From IMG/VR virus record IMGVR_UViG_3300037493_005292, positions 34,877 to 98,876 of that record: a stretch of 64,000 nucleotides of DNA; one strand, 5' to 3'. Positions 36,790 to 46,432 of this stretch are shown in pieces (the first letter of the stretch is position 1; each line of letters opens with the position of its first letter). Made by a program: the position numbers and the translations under genes. The notes beneath the pieces are model-generated. The model made no database searches. It was not told the origin of the DNA and worked only from the letters and a program-made list of their open reading frames with translations. This DNA is from a virus.

Positions 36790-37803
36790 ATGTCGGATGA
36801 TTTCTTCTCTGACCGTACCTTTAAAACCTATTATGACGACGTGGGCAAACATACCGTGCTCACAACCCTCCAAGAGCGTGAGCTCTTGTTACGCTATAAG
36901 ACATGCCCGCTGTGCCATCAACGTTTACCGCACCTAATCCGTCGACCGAATTGTCCGCACTGCGGAGAGATATCGCCACAACGCGGTGATGGTAAAGCAG
37001 CTACTTGTACCACATGTGGCAAGCGTTTTGACTTGATCATACCTCCGTCGTACTGCCCGGATTGCGGGTCATCCCGTGACACCGTTGCACGAGAACAAAT
37101 CCTAGTTACAAATTTGCGTTTCGTTGTAAAGATGGCGAAGAAGTACTCGCGCCATCCCTCGCATATACAGCGTTTAGTGTCAGCAGGTAACGTAGGTCTG
37201 ATCGTAGCTCTCGACAAATTCGAGATTGAGCGTGGTACCAAATTTCTAACGTACGCTGCCTGGTGGATACAGAAGGAAATCAGAGAAGAACTCTATAACG
37301 GTGGTCTTGTCCGAATTCCTTCCCATAAACAAAAGACACAAAGAAAGAAGCAGAAGTTAGGCGCTTACACGTGCGTGGCTTGCGGGATGCAAGCCCATGA
37401 TCCGTTAGTCGCGTGCAAGTGTTCCCCTGGACTATCCCCTGAATACTTTCAGACGGAAACACTCGAGGATGAGTGTTTAACAACGCTGGTACCGATTGAT
37501 AACGTTACGCTAATCGACGAGGATGATGCAGAGTTTCAGTACATCGACTCTACGATGGCCGACGCCCTTCGAGAAGCAATAACCTCGCTAGCAGTGCGTG
37601 TCCGTGACCAATTCATCTTAATCCAGTACTACGACGTTGCAAGAGATGACCGCAAAAATGGAAGTAAGACACTTCCAGAGATTGCAGAAATCTCCGGGGT
37701 TACTCCAGAGAGAGTCCGGCAGGTGAAGATGAAAGTCCTCAAGGAGCTCAAGAAAGAGCTTCAGAGGAGATCACTTCGGGGGTCTGAGGATATCTGCAGG
37801 TAG
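36790..37803 (+). CDS. Sigma-70 family factor with zinc-ribbon insertions
   Basis: Region 1.2 'YYDDVGKHTVLTTLQEREL', region 2 'NLRFVVKMAKKY..GNVGLIVALDKFE..KFLTYAAWWI', region 4 'TLPEIAEISGVTPERVRQ'. Confidence 0.88.
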   Translation: MSDDFFSDRTFKTYYDDVGKHTVLTTLQERELLLRYKTCPLCHQRLPHLIRRPNCPHCGEISPQRGDGKAATCTTCGKRFDLIIPPSYCPDCGSSRDTVAREQILVTNLRFVVKMAKKYSRHPSHIQRLVSAGNVGLIVALDKFEIERGTKFLTYAAWWIQKEIREELYNGGLVRIPSHKQKTQRKKQKLGAYTCVACGMQAHDPLVACKCSPGLSPEYFQTETLEDECLTTLVPIDNVTLIDEDDAEFQYIDSTMADALREAITSLAVRVRDQFILIQYYDVARDDRKNGSKTLPEIAEISGVTPERVRQVKMKVLKELKKELQRRSLRGSEDICR

Positions 37804-37805
37804 GC

Positions 37806-38699
37806 TTATTTGCTGAGGTCGGGGAGGTCGACTACCTCGAGCTTGCAGTTGTGTTTGCACGCGGCAATCCAACCCTCGAAGTACGCCTTGCGCTTGGGGC
37901 TCTGGGCCTTGGCGCGGTAGGTCTCGCCGTACACCAGCGCCTGGACATACGACTCTTTGGCGGTCTCGGGCTTCATCAGCTTCTTGACCGCGGCGTCGGT
38001 ATAGTCCACGAACTTCGGAGCGCGCGGGGACTTCTTCTTGTTGTCGCCCTTCTCCTTGTCTTTGGAACCACCTTCGACGCTCTTCATCTTGTCGAGGAAA
38101 CGGGTGGTCGCTTCCTCAACCCAGTACGGATTCGCGCCGTCCTTTACGATAGCGTCGACCAGGCGGTTCATGGCACGGACGTGCTTCGGGTTCTCAGCGT
38201 CGAGCCGGCACAGGTTGCGCGCCTGGGAGAAGTTGATCTTGTCCTGAGCCACGTACTTCTGGATCTCTTCCGGGAGAGCCATGAGCGCGAGGTACTGGTT
38301 GATGCTCGCGATCGAGACACCGAACTTGGCTGCGAGGTCCTTGACCGACCGCTTGGCTTCCGTCTTCAGGAAGAAGTACTCCTTCGCGATTTCCATGGGC
38401 GCATTGTCCTTGCGCGCCAGGTTGACCACGAGGGCCTTTTCCCGGTAGTCCGCTTCGTCGGCGATTTCGGTGATGACGACGAGAGCGGTTTCCATCCCCG
38501 CTTCCTTTAGGGCCGTGTACCGGCGGCGACCGTCAACGAGGTAGTACTTGCCGGTCTCGGAGTCCTGGCTGATGTTGATGGGGACCAGCTGTCCCTCGTT
38601 CTTGATACTCTGTACCAAGCCGGAGATGTCACCGATCTTCTCCCGGTTCCAGTGCTCACGGAGGTTAATTTCAGACAGGGGTAGCGTGAGATTTTCCAT
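37806..38699 (-). CDS. ParB/Spo0J-like protein
   Basis: 'LVQSIKNEGQLVPI', 'LVDGRRRY', 'NLARKD', and HTH 'KDLAAKFGVS'. Confidence 0.85.
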   Translation of the reverse strand: MENLTLPLSEINLREHWNREKIGDISGLVQSIKNEGQLVPINISQDSETGKYYLVDGRRRYTALKEAGMETALVVITEIADEADYREKALVVNLARKDNAPMEIAKEYFFLKTEAKRSVKDLAAKFGVSIASINQYLALMALPEEIQKYVAQDKINFSQARNLCRLDAENPKHVRAMNRLVDAIVKDGANPYWVEEATTRFLDKMKSVEGGSKDKEKGDNKKKSPRAPKFVDYTDAAVKKLMKPETAKESYVQALVYGETYRAKAQSPKRKAYFEGWIAACKHNCKLEVVDLPDLSK

Positions 38700-38713
38700 C
38701 TCAATTCCTTTCT

Positions 38714-38944
38714 TCAGGTCTCAGTGGTTGCGTGTTGCAGCTCGTATAAGACCGCGGACTTGTTGATTTGATGAAGCTCTAGGCACTCCACCGGTTTGCC
38801 TTCCAAGATCGCACCGACGGCGTGAAAAAGCTCCACTGCTTGCGGAATGATGCTCCGTGAATCGTTGTACGTTACCATGTACAGCGCACGTATCGCCTGG
38901 AGCTTATCTTCCGCTTTTCCCTTGTTCGAACGGGCTCGTACCAT
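38714..38944 (-). CDS. Hypothetical protein
   Basis: ORF track entry 38714-38974; the probable start is ATG 38944. Confidence 0.5.
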   Translation of the reverse strand: MVRARSNKGKAEDKLQAIRALYMVTYNDSRSIIPQAVELFHAVGAILEGKPVECLELHQINKSAVLYELQHATTET

Positions 38945-39068
38945 GCACTGGGCACTTGTAGACGCCGACTTCATCCAGCACCTCCAAAGGTGCGCCGCAG
39001 AGCGGGCACTTATCTGTCGCGAGTTTTTCGAATTCGGGTTTCGCTTCGTCCACGCCGTACTTTTCCAT
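38904..39068 (-). CDS. Small Zn-ribbon protein (54 aa, absent from the ORF track)
   Basis: Manual translation gives MEKYGVDEAKPEFEKLATDKCPLCGAPLEVLDEVGVYKCPVHGTSPFEQGKSGR. TGATG overlap with the upstream stop. Confidence 0.7.
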   Translation of the reverse strand: MEKYGVDEAKPEFEKLATDKCPLCGAPLEVLDEVGVYKCPVHGTSPFEQGKSGR

Positions 39069-39535
39069 CAGGCGTCCCCGGCCGCTTCGGTCGTCTCAGT
39101 CTCTTCTTCCGTCTCATCTTCACCGTCACCTGCGATATCCTCGAGTTCCTGTGACAGCTTCTCATCGGGAGGGAGCTCTTTCTCCTTCTTCTCTTTCTTG
39201 GGCTTCACAGGCTTGTCACCGGTGTTGAAGGCGTCCGCGATGAGATCCGCAACGCGAGCGCGGCAACCCCGGCGCTTCTTCTCTTCGCCCTCGTTGGAGC
39301 AGAGGTTGTCGAGGGTGTTGATGACATAGGCGTCGGTACCGCGCCCCTTAATCATGACAATCACCTCGGGCAGATCCTGCACGTTCGGGTAGCTTGCGAT
39401 GGCTTCCTTGAACTTGGCCAGGGCCACCCGGCGCTCGTTCTCCGCGGCAACCATGCCTTGGACTTCGTCGAGCTCGCGCTGAGTCTCTTCCTTCTTCCCA
39501 CACCGGCCGCAAATGGTCTCTACCTTGACTTTCAT
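39068..39535 (-). CDS. Hypothetical protein with CxxC and an acidic tail
   Basis: 155 aa, GGAGG SD, strong codon bias. Confidence 0.7.
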   Translation of the reverse strand: MKVKVETICGRCGKKEETQRELDEVQGMVAAENERRVALAKFKEAIASYPNVQDLPEVIVMIKGRGTDAYVINTLDNLCSNEGEEKKRRGCRARVADLIADAFNTGDKPVKPKKEKKEKELPPDEKLSQELEDIAGDGEDETEEETETTEAAGDA

Positions 39536-39543
39536 TGTTCCTC

Positions 39544-40686
39544 CTAGTTTTTCCGTGTTTCTCTGATGGCGGCTTGAGTCTGCGGACCTGCAATACCATC
39601 AACCTTTAGCAACTTCTCTTCTTCACGGTCGTGCTGAATGTTCCAATGGTTTTGGAAAGTCACCACGGCTTGGTGCGTTCTTGGCCCATACACGCCGTCT
39701 ACGGTAAGGGCATACCCGAGTTTAAGGAGCGCGTCTTGGATGTCCGGTATCGACATCAGTGCAGCGGCAGCAACGTCGGCATCCTTAATCGCATCAGTAC
39801 CATACTCTGGTGAATGCTGTTCTTCAATCTCTGGGATGCTTCCTGCCCACTTTTTATCGAGGTGTGCGTCCTCGATATCCCGTAGAAACGAATTCTCGCT
39901 GATATCGATGGCATCAAACGCCGCGCTATTGACATCTGCGAAAGGCCATAGCGGACCCATGTCGGATTTACCGATCTGCCAGTCGGAATGCTGCGACATA
40001 CGGAGAGGGCTAAAGCGCGTCGGATCTGCCGCGATTACGAGGCGCTTGAGCTTAATGTTGTTGATGAGCTGGTCTGGTGTGAAAGGTTGCATATAATGTG
40101 CCCCCCTCCATGGCTTATCTAGCGGTACCGGCGGAAGTTCTTGCACGAGTCCTACGGGAATTTCCTGGGTGTATTTCTTGGGCCAATAGCACCATTTCCC
40201 CGCAGCATTTTGCTCGATTCGGCCTGCGTTAACCATCTCAACCGAAACGCTGTCGGAGTTACGCGCCGGGCAATGCCATGCCCCGTGCATAATCGGGATG
40301 ATGTAGAACGGAAAACCGTGATAATCCACGATAAAGTGGGTAGAGGCTGCTCCGTGCACCTGCATCGAGCTGAACCAATTCAGCGTTCCCCAGACGTTAA
40401 TGCCAGCGGTGTAGTGGTCGACCCACCATAGCGCCGTTTTTTTCTCGAAGCGGTTACGGCTGTACTTGGTGGTGGGGTACAGACTCGCGAGAGTGCCTTT
40501 ATGCTCCTTGATGCGCCACATGGAGTGGATGTACAAGGCATCGAGGCATTCGTGCGCTTCGGTGTTCGTGATGGGACCCTTTCCCACTTTTTCCCACAAG
40601 TGCGTGAGTTTCTCGAGAGCCCCTTGATGGTTTAGGTCAACCATCTTCCACATCTCCTGGGGCTTCAGGGCTAGAAAATCGATCAT
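39544..40686 (-). CDS. Endolysin-like N-acetylmuramoyl-L-alanine amidase with a C-terminal peptidoglycan-binding domain
   Basis: 'DHYTAG', 'ASTHFIVD', 'AWH', 'SVEMVN', 'QHSD..KSDMGP'. PG-binding motifs 'VDGVYGPRT' and 'VDGIAGPQT'. Confidence 0.85.
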   Translation of the reverse strand: MIDFLALKPQEMWKMVDLNHQGALEKLTHLWEKVGKGPITNTEAHECLDALYIHSMWRIKEHKGTLASLYPTTKYSRNRFEKKTALWWVDHYTAGINVWGTLNWFSSMQVHGAASTHFIVDYHGFPFYIIPIMHGAWHCPARNSDSVSVEMVNAGRIEQNAAGKWCYWPKKYTQEIPVGLVQELPPVPLDKPWRGAHYMQPFTPDQLINNIKLKRLVIAADPTRFSPLRMSQHSDWQIGKSDMGPLWPFADVNSAAFDAIDISENSFLRDIEDAHLDKKWAGSIPEIEEQHSPEYGTDAIKDADVAAAALMSIPDIQDALLKLGYALTVDGVYGPRTHQAVVTFQNHWNIQHDREEEKLLKVDGIAGPQTQAAIRETRKN

Positions 40687-41525
40687 GCTCTACCTCGGCA
40701 CCGGTTGTAGTACCCGCAGAATTTGAGGGTACAGGTATAAGACGTCGGGTCGCACCGGGGGAAGTAGCCGGCCTTGATTTGGTCCACCACTTCTCCTACA
40801 TCCTCGATTAACAGGCGCTTATCAATGGCGTCGCGCACTGTTCTCATTGGTTTGTAAGATACCCCTTTCTTTTGGTCAAGGAGTAAGTCGACTCTTACGC
40901 GGTGGGTACCCTCTGCTAACGCATAAAAGGTCATTTGAGGGTCTTGTCGGAGCTTTTGCTCCGTCCAAGTTGTCGATGTGGTCTTAAGGTCGGATACGAC
41001 TTCGACGCGGTTCGGATTTTCCGGGTCATTTTCTAGCGACATCTCGGTGTCGATGATCCGGTCGACGAGGTCGATGACGCCGTACACGGGGACCTCCCCT
41101 ACTTTGATGGCAAAGGGGTGCTCAGACTTGACTGGAGTGATGTAGGGTACCGCGTCCCGGTAGTAGACCCGCATACCGCGTATTGAGTCGTCCTTGACTG
41201 CTCCGGAAGTCGTTTCCTCCCAGTTTTCAATACCTTCCGAGCGTTTTTCGAAATCGTCAGCCAGGTACTGTACGACTTCATCGATGGGCGCGGGGCTCCC
41301 CGTAGCAATAGTTCGTTTGTGGGTGATCTCTACGCCTTTGTGGATGAGTGTCCCCTTCAACATCGAGATGCTGGGTGGGGCAACAAGTCCTAGAACGTAC
41401 CGAAAGTACCACTGCTTTGGGCAGCGCCTAAACATGTTGAATTGCGACGGGGAAAGGTATCCGCGAGGGAGCGTGGGGTCTAAGAACCCCTCAGGGAATA
41501 CCCGATCTTCGGCTTCAATGGCCAC
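40683..41525 (-). CDS. PD-(D/E)xK nuclease, Cas4/RecB-like (second copy)
   Basis: 'LSPSQFNMFRRCP', 'GTLIH', 'GVIDLVD', 'DLKT', 'Q..FY', C-terminal C..C..C. Confidence 0.8.
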   Translation of the reverse strand: MAIEAEDRVFPEGFLDPTLPRGYLSPSQFNMFRRCPKQWYFRYVLGLVAPPSISMLKGTLIHKGVEITHKRTIATGSPAPIDEVVQYLADDFEKRSEGIENWEETTSGAVKDDSIRGMRVYYRDAVPYITPVKSEHPFAIKVGEVPVYGVIDLVDRIIDTEMSLENDPENPNRVEVVSDLKTTSTTWTEQKLRQDPQMTFYALAEGTHRVRVDLLLDQKKGVSYKPMRTVRDAIDKRLLIEDVGEVVDQIKAGYFPRCDPTSYTCTLKFCGYYNRCRGRA

Positions 41526-41554
41526 AGTGTTCTCCTTTGTAGTGATTGGGTGTC

Positions 41555-41908
41555 TTAACGGACAGGTGGCTGCGGAATTGCGGTGCTACCTTCGATTGGG
41601 TCATAAGGCGGCGGGTCATAGGATTCGTTGTCGCTTGAGGGGCGTAAAACAACGAAGTCTTCGGGGTCTGGCTTCGATAAGACTGGGGATGTTTTGGACT
41701 TTACCGCAGGGGGAGTAACGGGGGCTGTAGCCGCAATTGATGGTGCACTGCTTGTACCACCAATTGTGACGAGATCCTGCAAACTCAGGTCGCAGAGCGT
41801 GAGCTCTCCTGTTGCCGGGTCAAATTTCGCTGCAGAGTGATGAAGGTCACACCCTAGGGCTTTCCCTAGAAGCTGCAGCACATCGTGTCTCTCGAATTTA
41901 ATCTGCAT
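41555..41908 (-). CDS. Hypothetical protein
   Basis: 117-aa ORF coupled to the helicase stop. Confidence 0.55.
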   Translation of the reverse strand: MQIKFERHDVLQLLGKALGCDLHHSAAKFDPATGELTLCDLSLQDLVTIGGTSSAPSIAATAPVTPPAVKSKTSPVLSKPDPEDFVVLRPSSDNESYDPPPYDPIEGSTAIPQPPVR

Positions 41909-43949
41909 TTCCGATGATCCTTGCCCGTGTGGTGAAGCGCGTAACCGCGCGTGAAAGGCAACACCCCGTTGCCCACGGGGTTATACCATGTGCCTGGCAC
42001 TTACTGAAGTCTTCGCACGTAAGACACGTGTACTTTTCTGTAAGTAGTTTCGAAATATTCTCTTTTGAATCCAGGGCGTAGAGCTGTGCGTACTCCAGGG
42101 TCTTATCCCCGCATAGGCGGTATACCACTACCTTTTGCTTTTGGCCGATACGGTAGTTACGTGCCCTGGATTGCTGCCAGTGTTCCAAAGACCAGGAGCG
42201 ACTGTAGTACACGGAATGCCGTGCGCATGTTAGGTTAATGGCAATTCCGGTTGCTTCCTGACCGAGGTAAACGCGGCACGCAGGATTCGTCATGAACTCT
42301 TTTTCGAGTTTCTTGATATGCTGCGTGGTACTGCCGTCAACTCGAACATAAGGCCAGTTACGCAGTTTAAGAAGACCCTCGATGTCGTCGAGTTCTGCTC
42401 CAAAGTTTGCCCACACGATTGCTTTTTCGGTGGGTTCCTGGAGGATATCGACTAGCAGGTCATCGAGTGCATCAAGTTTGGGGTTAGTGGGAAACCGCAG
42501 AGTTTCTCGTGCAGGCATCGGTATGTTACCGAGTTCTTCTTTTCGGGCACACTCATAAGTACCTGGGCGAACTCCGTTCGCGGTACATGTAATCAAATGG
42601 GGACATTCATCGCAAACTTCAGCAAACCGGTCCTCTTGCCAGTAGATAAAGCCGCTACACACCTGAAGCAGTTTAGCTAAACGTATCGCAGGATTAGCTA
42701 ACGTTACCGAGATACTTCCAACATCAATTGTCGCATCCTCCGTCTTTATAATTTCGTCATACACTTCGATCTGTTCGTCGGATAAGGTGTACGTAACGTT
42801 CTGATCGGTGATGCCCGGCATATCGATGCAGTCTTCGAGACGACAAGTACTGGATAAGGCCCCTACGCGCTCATTGATTGCGTTTAGGCACTTGTAGCTC
42901 GTAACGACGTGGGTGTTACGCTCTGAAAACACGCAGTGAGTCTGCACGAACTTGGTGTAGCTCGTAGTAAACTCATAATGGTTAGATATAGCGCGAATCT
43001 GCGGGTACAAATCCCGGGGATCACCGAGAGACAACGTACCCGTGAGAAGATACCGACGGGCTGCCTTTTTGGCTAACTCCGTTATCGCTACGGTTCTTTT
43101 GCTGTGATAGTTCTTTATTCGGTGGGATTCATCGAGGATAATCGTCTTGTAATCGATGTCACTTATGAAGGGGTGGGTAGGCATGGTTGCGGCTTCTGCG
43201 ATGATACTGGCTTCGTCTCGCCCTCTAAGCCACTCGTTGAATAGCCGGGCAACGGTGGGCATCCCCAGTACTCTGAGTACGGTGTTCCAAAACTTGGGAG
43301 ATGGCGATATACCGCGTTGTTTTAGTGCCTTCTCGAATAGCCTGGGAACATGCGGCGCGGAGTACAGTCTGGCGGTGTCGTACGGAACGATGATTACGTC
43401 GCAGTCCTGCGCTTGTGCTAAGAGCTCGTACTTTTTTGTTTTCGTAGTGGAAGCTATGGCCAAAGTTTTGAGCGTCCCACCGGAGTGCATCGCAACTTCT
43501 CTGACCCAGTTATCCACCGCGATAAGCGGGCAAATAACTAATGCGCGTTGTTTTAGCACGTTAAGTGCTTCAATGGCTACTTTGGTTTTTCCTGTTCCCA
43601 TTTCCCACTGGAGAATCCACCTCCAGTTGTGAAGAAATTCCGCCAAACCTTTGAGCTGGTGCTCGTAGCACTGAATCCCGCCGGGGCTTATATGCGCAGC
43701 CGCCTGGGCAACCGCATCTTCAAAAGTGGTCCTAGAAGCGATAAATAGTTGAGCTTCTTCGGTGAACTGCACGCCGGGCTGGACCTGCGGGAGGTCGTGA
43801 AGTACTCTCTCAAGGAATGGCGGATACGCGGGAAAAGCCCAAGTCTGATTTTTGTTGATACGGGTCGCTCCGAAGACGCGTGACCATACGGGGTTTTCGG
43901 TGTCGATTGCTAGGACGGGTACGTTGTAGTTGATTAGCTTGACTTCCAT
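41898..43949 (-). CDS. SNF2-family (SF2) helicase
   Basis: 'EMGTGKT', 'ILDESHRIKN', 'LTGT', 'QSRARNYRIGQ'. Confidence 0.9.
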   Translation of the reverse strand: MEVKLINYNVPVLAIDTENPVWSRVFGATRINKNQTWAFPAYPPFLERVLHDLPQVQPGVQFTEEAQLFIASRTTFEDAVAQAAAHISPGGIQCYEHQLKGLAEFLHNWRWILQWEMGTGKTKVAIEALNVLKQRALVICPLIAVDNWVREVAMHSGGTLKTLAIASTTKTKKYELLAQAQDCDVIIVPYDTARLYSAPHVPRLFEKALKQRGISPSPKFWNTVLRVLGMPTVARLFNEWLRGRDEASIIAEAATMPTHPFISDIDYKTIILDESHRIKNYHSKRTVAITELAKKAARRYLLTGTLSLGDPRDLYPQIRAISNHYEFTTSYTKFVQTHCVFSERNTHVVTSYKCLNAINERVGALSSTCRLEDCIDMPGITDQNVTYTLSDEQIEVYDEIIKTEDATIDVGSISVTLANPAIRLAKLLQVCSGFIYWQEDRFAEVCDECPHLITCTANGVRPGTYECARKEELGNIPMPARETLRFPTNPKLDALDDLLVDILQEPTEKAIVWANFGAELDDIEGLLKLRNWPYVRVDGSTTQHIKKLEKEFMTNPACRVYLGQEATGIAINLTCARHSVYYSRSWSLEHWQQSRARNYRIGQKQKVVVYRLCGDKTLEYAQLYALDSKENISKLLTEKYTCLTCEDFSKCQAHGITPWATGCCLSRAVTRFTTRARIIGNAD

Positions 43950-44004
43950 GGGTTTACTCCTCGTATCATTTGTTGTCTCGACGTTGTCTTTTAAGGAGAG
44001 CTAG

Positions 44005-45780
44005 ATGGCACAAGACCTAATGATGTCGGATGCTGCGCTGTGGAACCAGAACGGGGGGACACATTCTAACCCGTACTACACCTTCAGCCAGCTCTACAGT
44101 CCTAAACGGCTCAAAGAGCTCTTCAAAATGTGCGAGTACCTCTTCTACCAAAGCCCGCAAATCTTCGCGGCTTTGCGTAAGTTTGGGGAATACCCTATCA
44201 CAGAAGTAACGTATGAGACCACCAATGAATCTCTTAAACGTCAGCATAAGGACCTCCTCGAGCGGGTAATCCGCGTTAGAGAGTTTTTGCTCAAGTGTTC
44301 TCTCGATAAGTGGATCTACGGCAACGCGTTTATTACGATGTATCAACCGTTTGTGCGCTATCTCAAGTGCCCCTCCTGCAGCGCGCTGACGAACATTAAG
44401 CACATCAAATACAAGTTCAACGTGAAGGGCCTTACGTTTACATACTCCTGTGACTGTTGCCATAAGGAAGTCGTCGCCAAAGAGAAGGACATTCAAGACC
44501 GAAAGCTGATGCTCAGTCGCAGTATCAATTTCATTCGGTGGGACCCCAAGAACATGGAGATCGACCATAACGCCATGACAGGCGAGTCGGTCTATTACTA
44601 TAAGATTCCGCAGTCAGACGTCGAGAAAGTAAACCGCGGGCATAAGACTTTCATTGACACGCTGCCCATCGGTTTTCTGAAGGCCATCCAGAAATCGAAG
44701 CCCTTCAAGTTTGCCGATGGTGCCATCTTCCACATGAAATTTGGGTCGCCGGCCGGTATCAACCCACAGTGGGGTATGCCCCCGTTGCTGCCAGCGTTGG
44801 ACCGATTCTTTTATACGCAGATTTTGCGAAAGGCTAACGAAGCCATCGCGCTCGACCATCTGGTTCCTTTCCGCATCCTGCACCCGCTGCAGTCGACTGC
44901 GGTGGCGGATCCGATGCAGACCATCAGTCTTTCGAACTGGAAGTACAACCTCGACCAGAACATCCGCAGGTTCCGTAAGGATCCCCTCCATATCATGTAC
45001 TCCCCTATTCCTGTGGGCGTGGTGCAGGTAGGTGGACAGGGTCGAGCCTTGCTGACCCTGGGTGAGGTTCAAGAAGCTGAGAAGAGCATCATCGCCGCTC
45101 TCGGTATCCCGATGGAGTTTATCTACGGTGGACTCACCGGACAGGGGATGAACGCTACGATGCGTCTCATCGAGAACCAGCTCGAGACGCACATCGCGGA
45201 CATCATCAACTTGTTGCAGTGGGTGGACGATAGCTGCGCGAAGTTCCTGGGTTGGGAAAAGATCCAAGTGGGTCTGACGCCGTTCAAGATCATCGATGAC
45301 TTGAACAAGCAGAACACCATACTCAGTATCTGGACCCAGGGTAAGACTGGGCAGGGGCCACAGATCATCTCGGATTCGACCATGGCTGAGATGAACGACA
45401 TCGATCTGGATAAGGAATACAAGCGCATCAAGCAGGAGACCTTGGACAACTTCCGGATGCAGCAGGATACCAACGTCGAAATCCAGAAGATGCAGAATGC
45501 CGCGGCATCCCAGGCGCAGCAGCAAGCAGCTGCCGGGGGTCCGCAGCAGTACAACCAGCAGCAGATCATCTCTAACGCTGACCAGCTCGTGGCTGAAGTC
45601 TCAGCTCTCGACCAGGGGTCGCGCAAGAGTCGGCTGTACCAGCTCATGCAGGAAGACTTCGTTCTGTACTCTGTGGTGGTTCAACGGCTCGAGCAGCAGA
45701 ATAACACGACGCGGCAACAGGCCACTGCGAGTATCCAGCAGCAACAGCAAACGCCGCAGCAACCACCACAGCAGGGGTAG
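44005..45780 (+). CDS. Portal protein
   Basis: 591 aa with a portal-like layout: 'IYGNAF', 'WGMPPL', 'LRKANEAIA', 'IIAALGIP'. Has a Zn-finger insert and a Gln-rich tail, and begins the head module. AAGGAG SD. Confidence 0.7.
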   Translation: MAQDLMMSDAALWNQNGGTHSNPYYTFSQLYSPKRLKELFKMCEYLFYQSPQIFAALRKFGEYPITEVTYETTNESLKRQHKDLLERVIRVREFLLKCSLDKWIYGNAFITMYQPFVRYLKCPSCSALTNIKHIKYKFNVKGLTFTYSCDCCHKEVVAKEKDIQDRKLMLSRSINFIRWDPKNMEIDHNAMTGESVYYYKIPQSDVEKVNRGHKTFIDTLPIGFLKAIQKSKPFKFADGAIFHMKFGSPAGINPQWGMPPLLPALDRFFYTQILRKANEAIALDHLVPFRILHPLQSTAVADPMQTISLSNWKYNLDQNIRRFRKDPLHIMYSPIPVGVVQVGGQGRALLTLGEVQEAEKSIIAALGIPMEFIYGGLTGQGMNATMRLIENQLETHIADIINLLQWVDDSCAKFLGWEKIQVGLTPFKIIDDLNKQNTILSIWTQGKTGQGPQIISDSTMAEMNDIDLDKEYKRIKQETLDNFRMQQDTNVEIQKMQNAAASQAQQQAAAGGPQQYNQQQIISNADQLVAEVSALDQGSRKSRLYQLMQEDFVLYSVVVQRLEQQNNTTRQQATASIQQQQQTPQQPPQQG

Positions 45781-45783
45781 GAC

Positions 45784-46332
45784 ATGGCACTTGGACCAAG
45801 CGAAAGTTTTGTAGACAGTCTCAACAAGGCGCGCGAGATACCGACGAGTCAGAGCGGCAGTGGGTACGACATGCCCAGCGTTTTTGGCCCAATGCCGGGG
45901 TCCGGCGCCGGGGCACAAAACGAGGGAGCAGTCGGGACCAAGTTGCCCTGCGTGGCCCACTCAAAGGTGTTCACGATCTGGCGCGACTGGGAGGGATGTA
46001 AGCGCTGCCTCTCCGACATCGACCATCAAGTCGTGACGCTTCCCGCTTCTGGGGACTACACCTGTCCGCACACCAGCGAAGCCGAGTTCAAGATGACGCT
46101 GGATCGTTGTCTCGCAGGTGACGGAGCGCTGCAGTCGAAAGAGTTCTTCAACCTGCAAAATGGAACACGCTGTGCGCACGTCGTGTGGATGGAAGCAGAT
46201 GAAAAGCGCCTGGGAGAGATGAAAAAGGCGGAAGAGGAAAAGGATAAAAACTGGGTATATCCCCCGAGGCTCGACCAGGTGTTTGGAGAACAAAACGCGG
46301 CAGCAAAAAAGGCCGCGGACGGCCTGAAGTGA
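45784..46332 (+). CDS. Hypothetical protein
   Basis: 182-aa ORF directly after the portal; contains CxxC. Confidence 0.65.
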   Translation: MALGPSESFVDSLNKAREIPTSQSGSGYDMPSVFGPMPGSGAGAQNEGAVGTKLPCVAHSKVFTIWRDWEGCKRCLSDIDHQVVTLPASGDYTCPHTSEAEFKMTLDRCLAGDGALQSKEFFNLQNGTRCAHVVWMEADEKRLGEMKKAEEEKDKNWVYPPRLDQVFGEQNAAAKKAADGLK

Positions 46333-46384
46333 ACACCATCAGCATCCGCCCGCGGCTAGATTCCTCTTTTACAGGGACTCGGGT

Positions 46385-46432
46385 CTAATCCCAGAGTATC
46401 CCAACGAGGATGCTGATGAACTGGATGAGCAT
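46385..46432 (-). CDS. Putative 15-aa hydrophobic peptide MLIQFISILVGILWD
   Basis: A perfect AAAGGAGG SD sits a few nt before ATG 46432, within a structured intergenic region. Confidence 0.4.
   Translation of the reverse strand: MLIQFISILVGILWD

Noticed and set aside
43939-43969. Promoter TTGACT..TATCAT upstream of the portal
   Set aside because: The spacer is 19 nt. It is plausible but too weak to list.
44614-45525. 303-aa antisense ORF in the portal gene
   Set aside because: It is a shadow ORF caused by codon bias.
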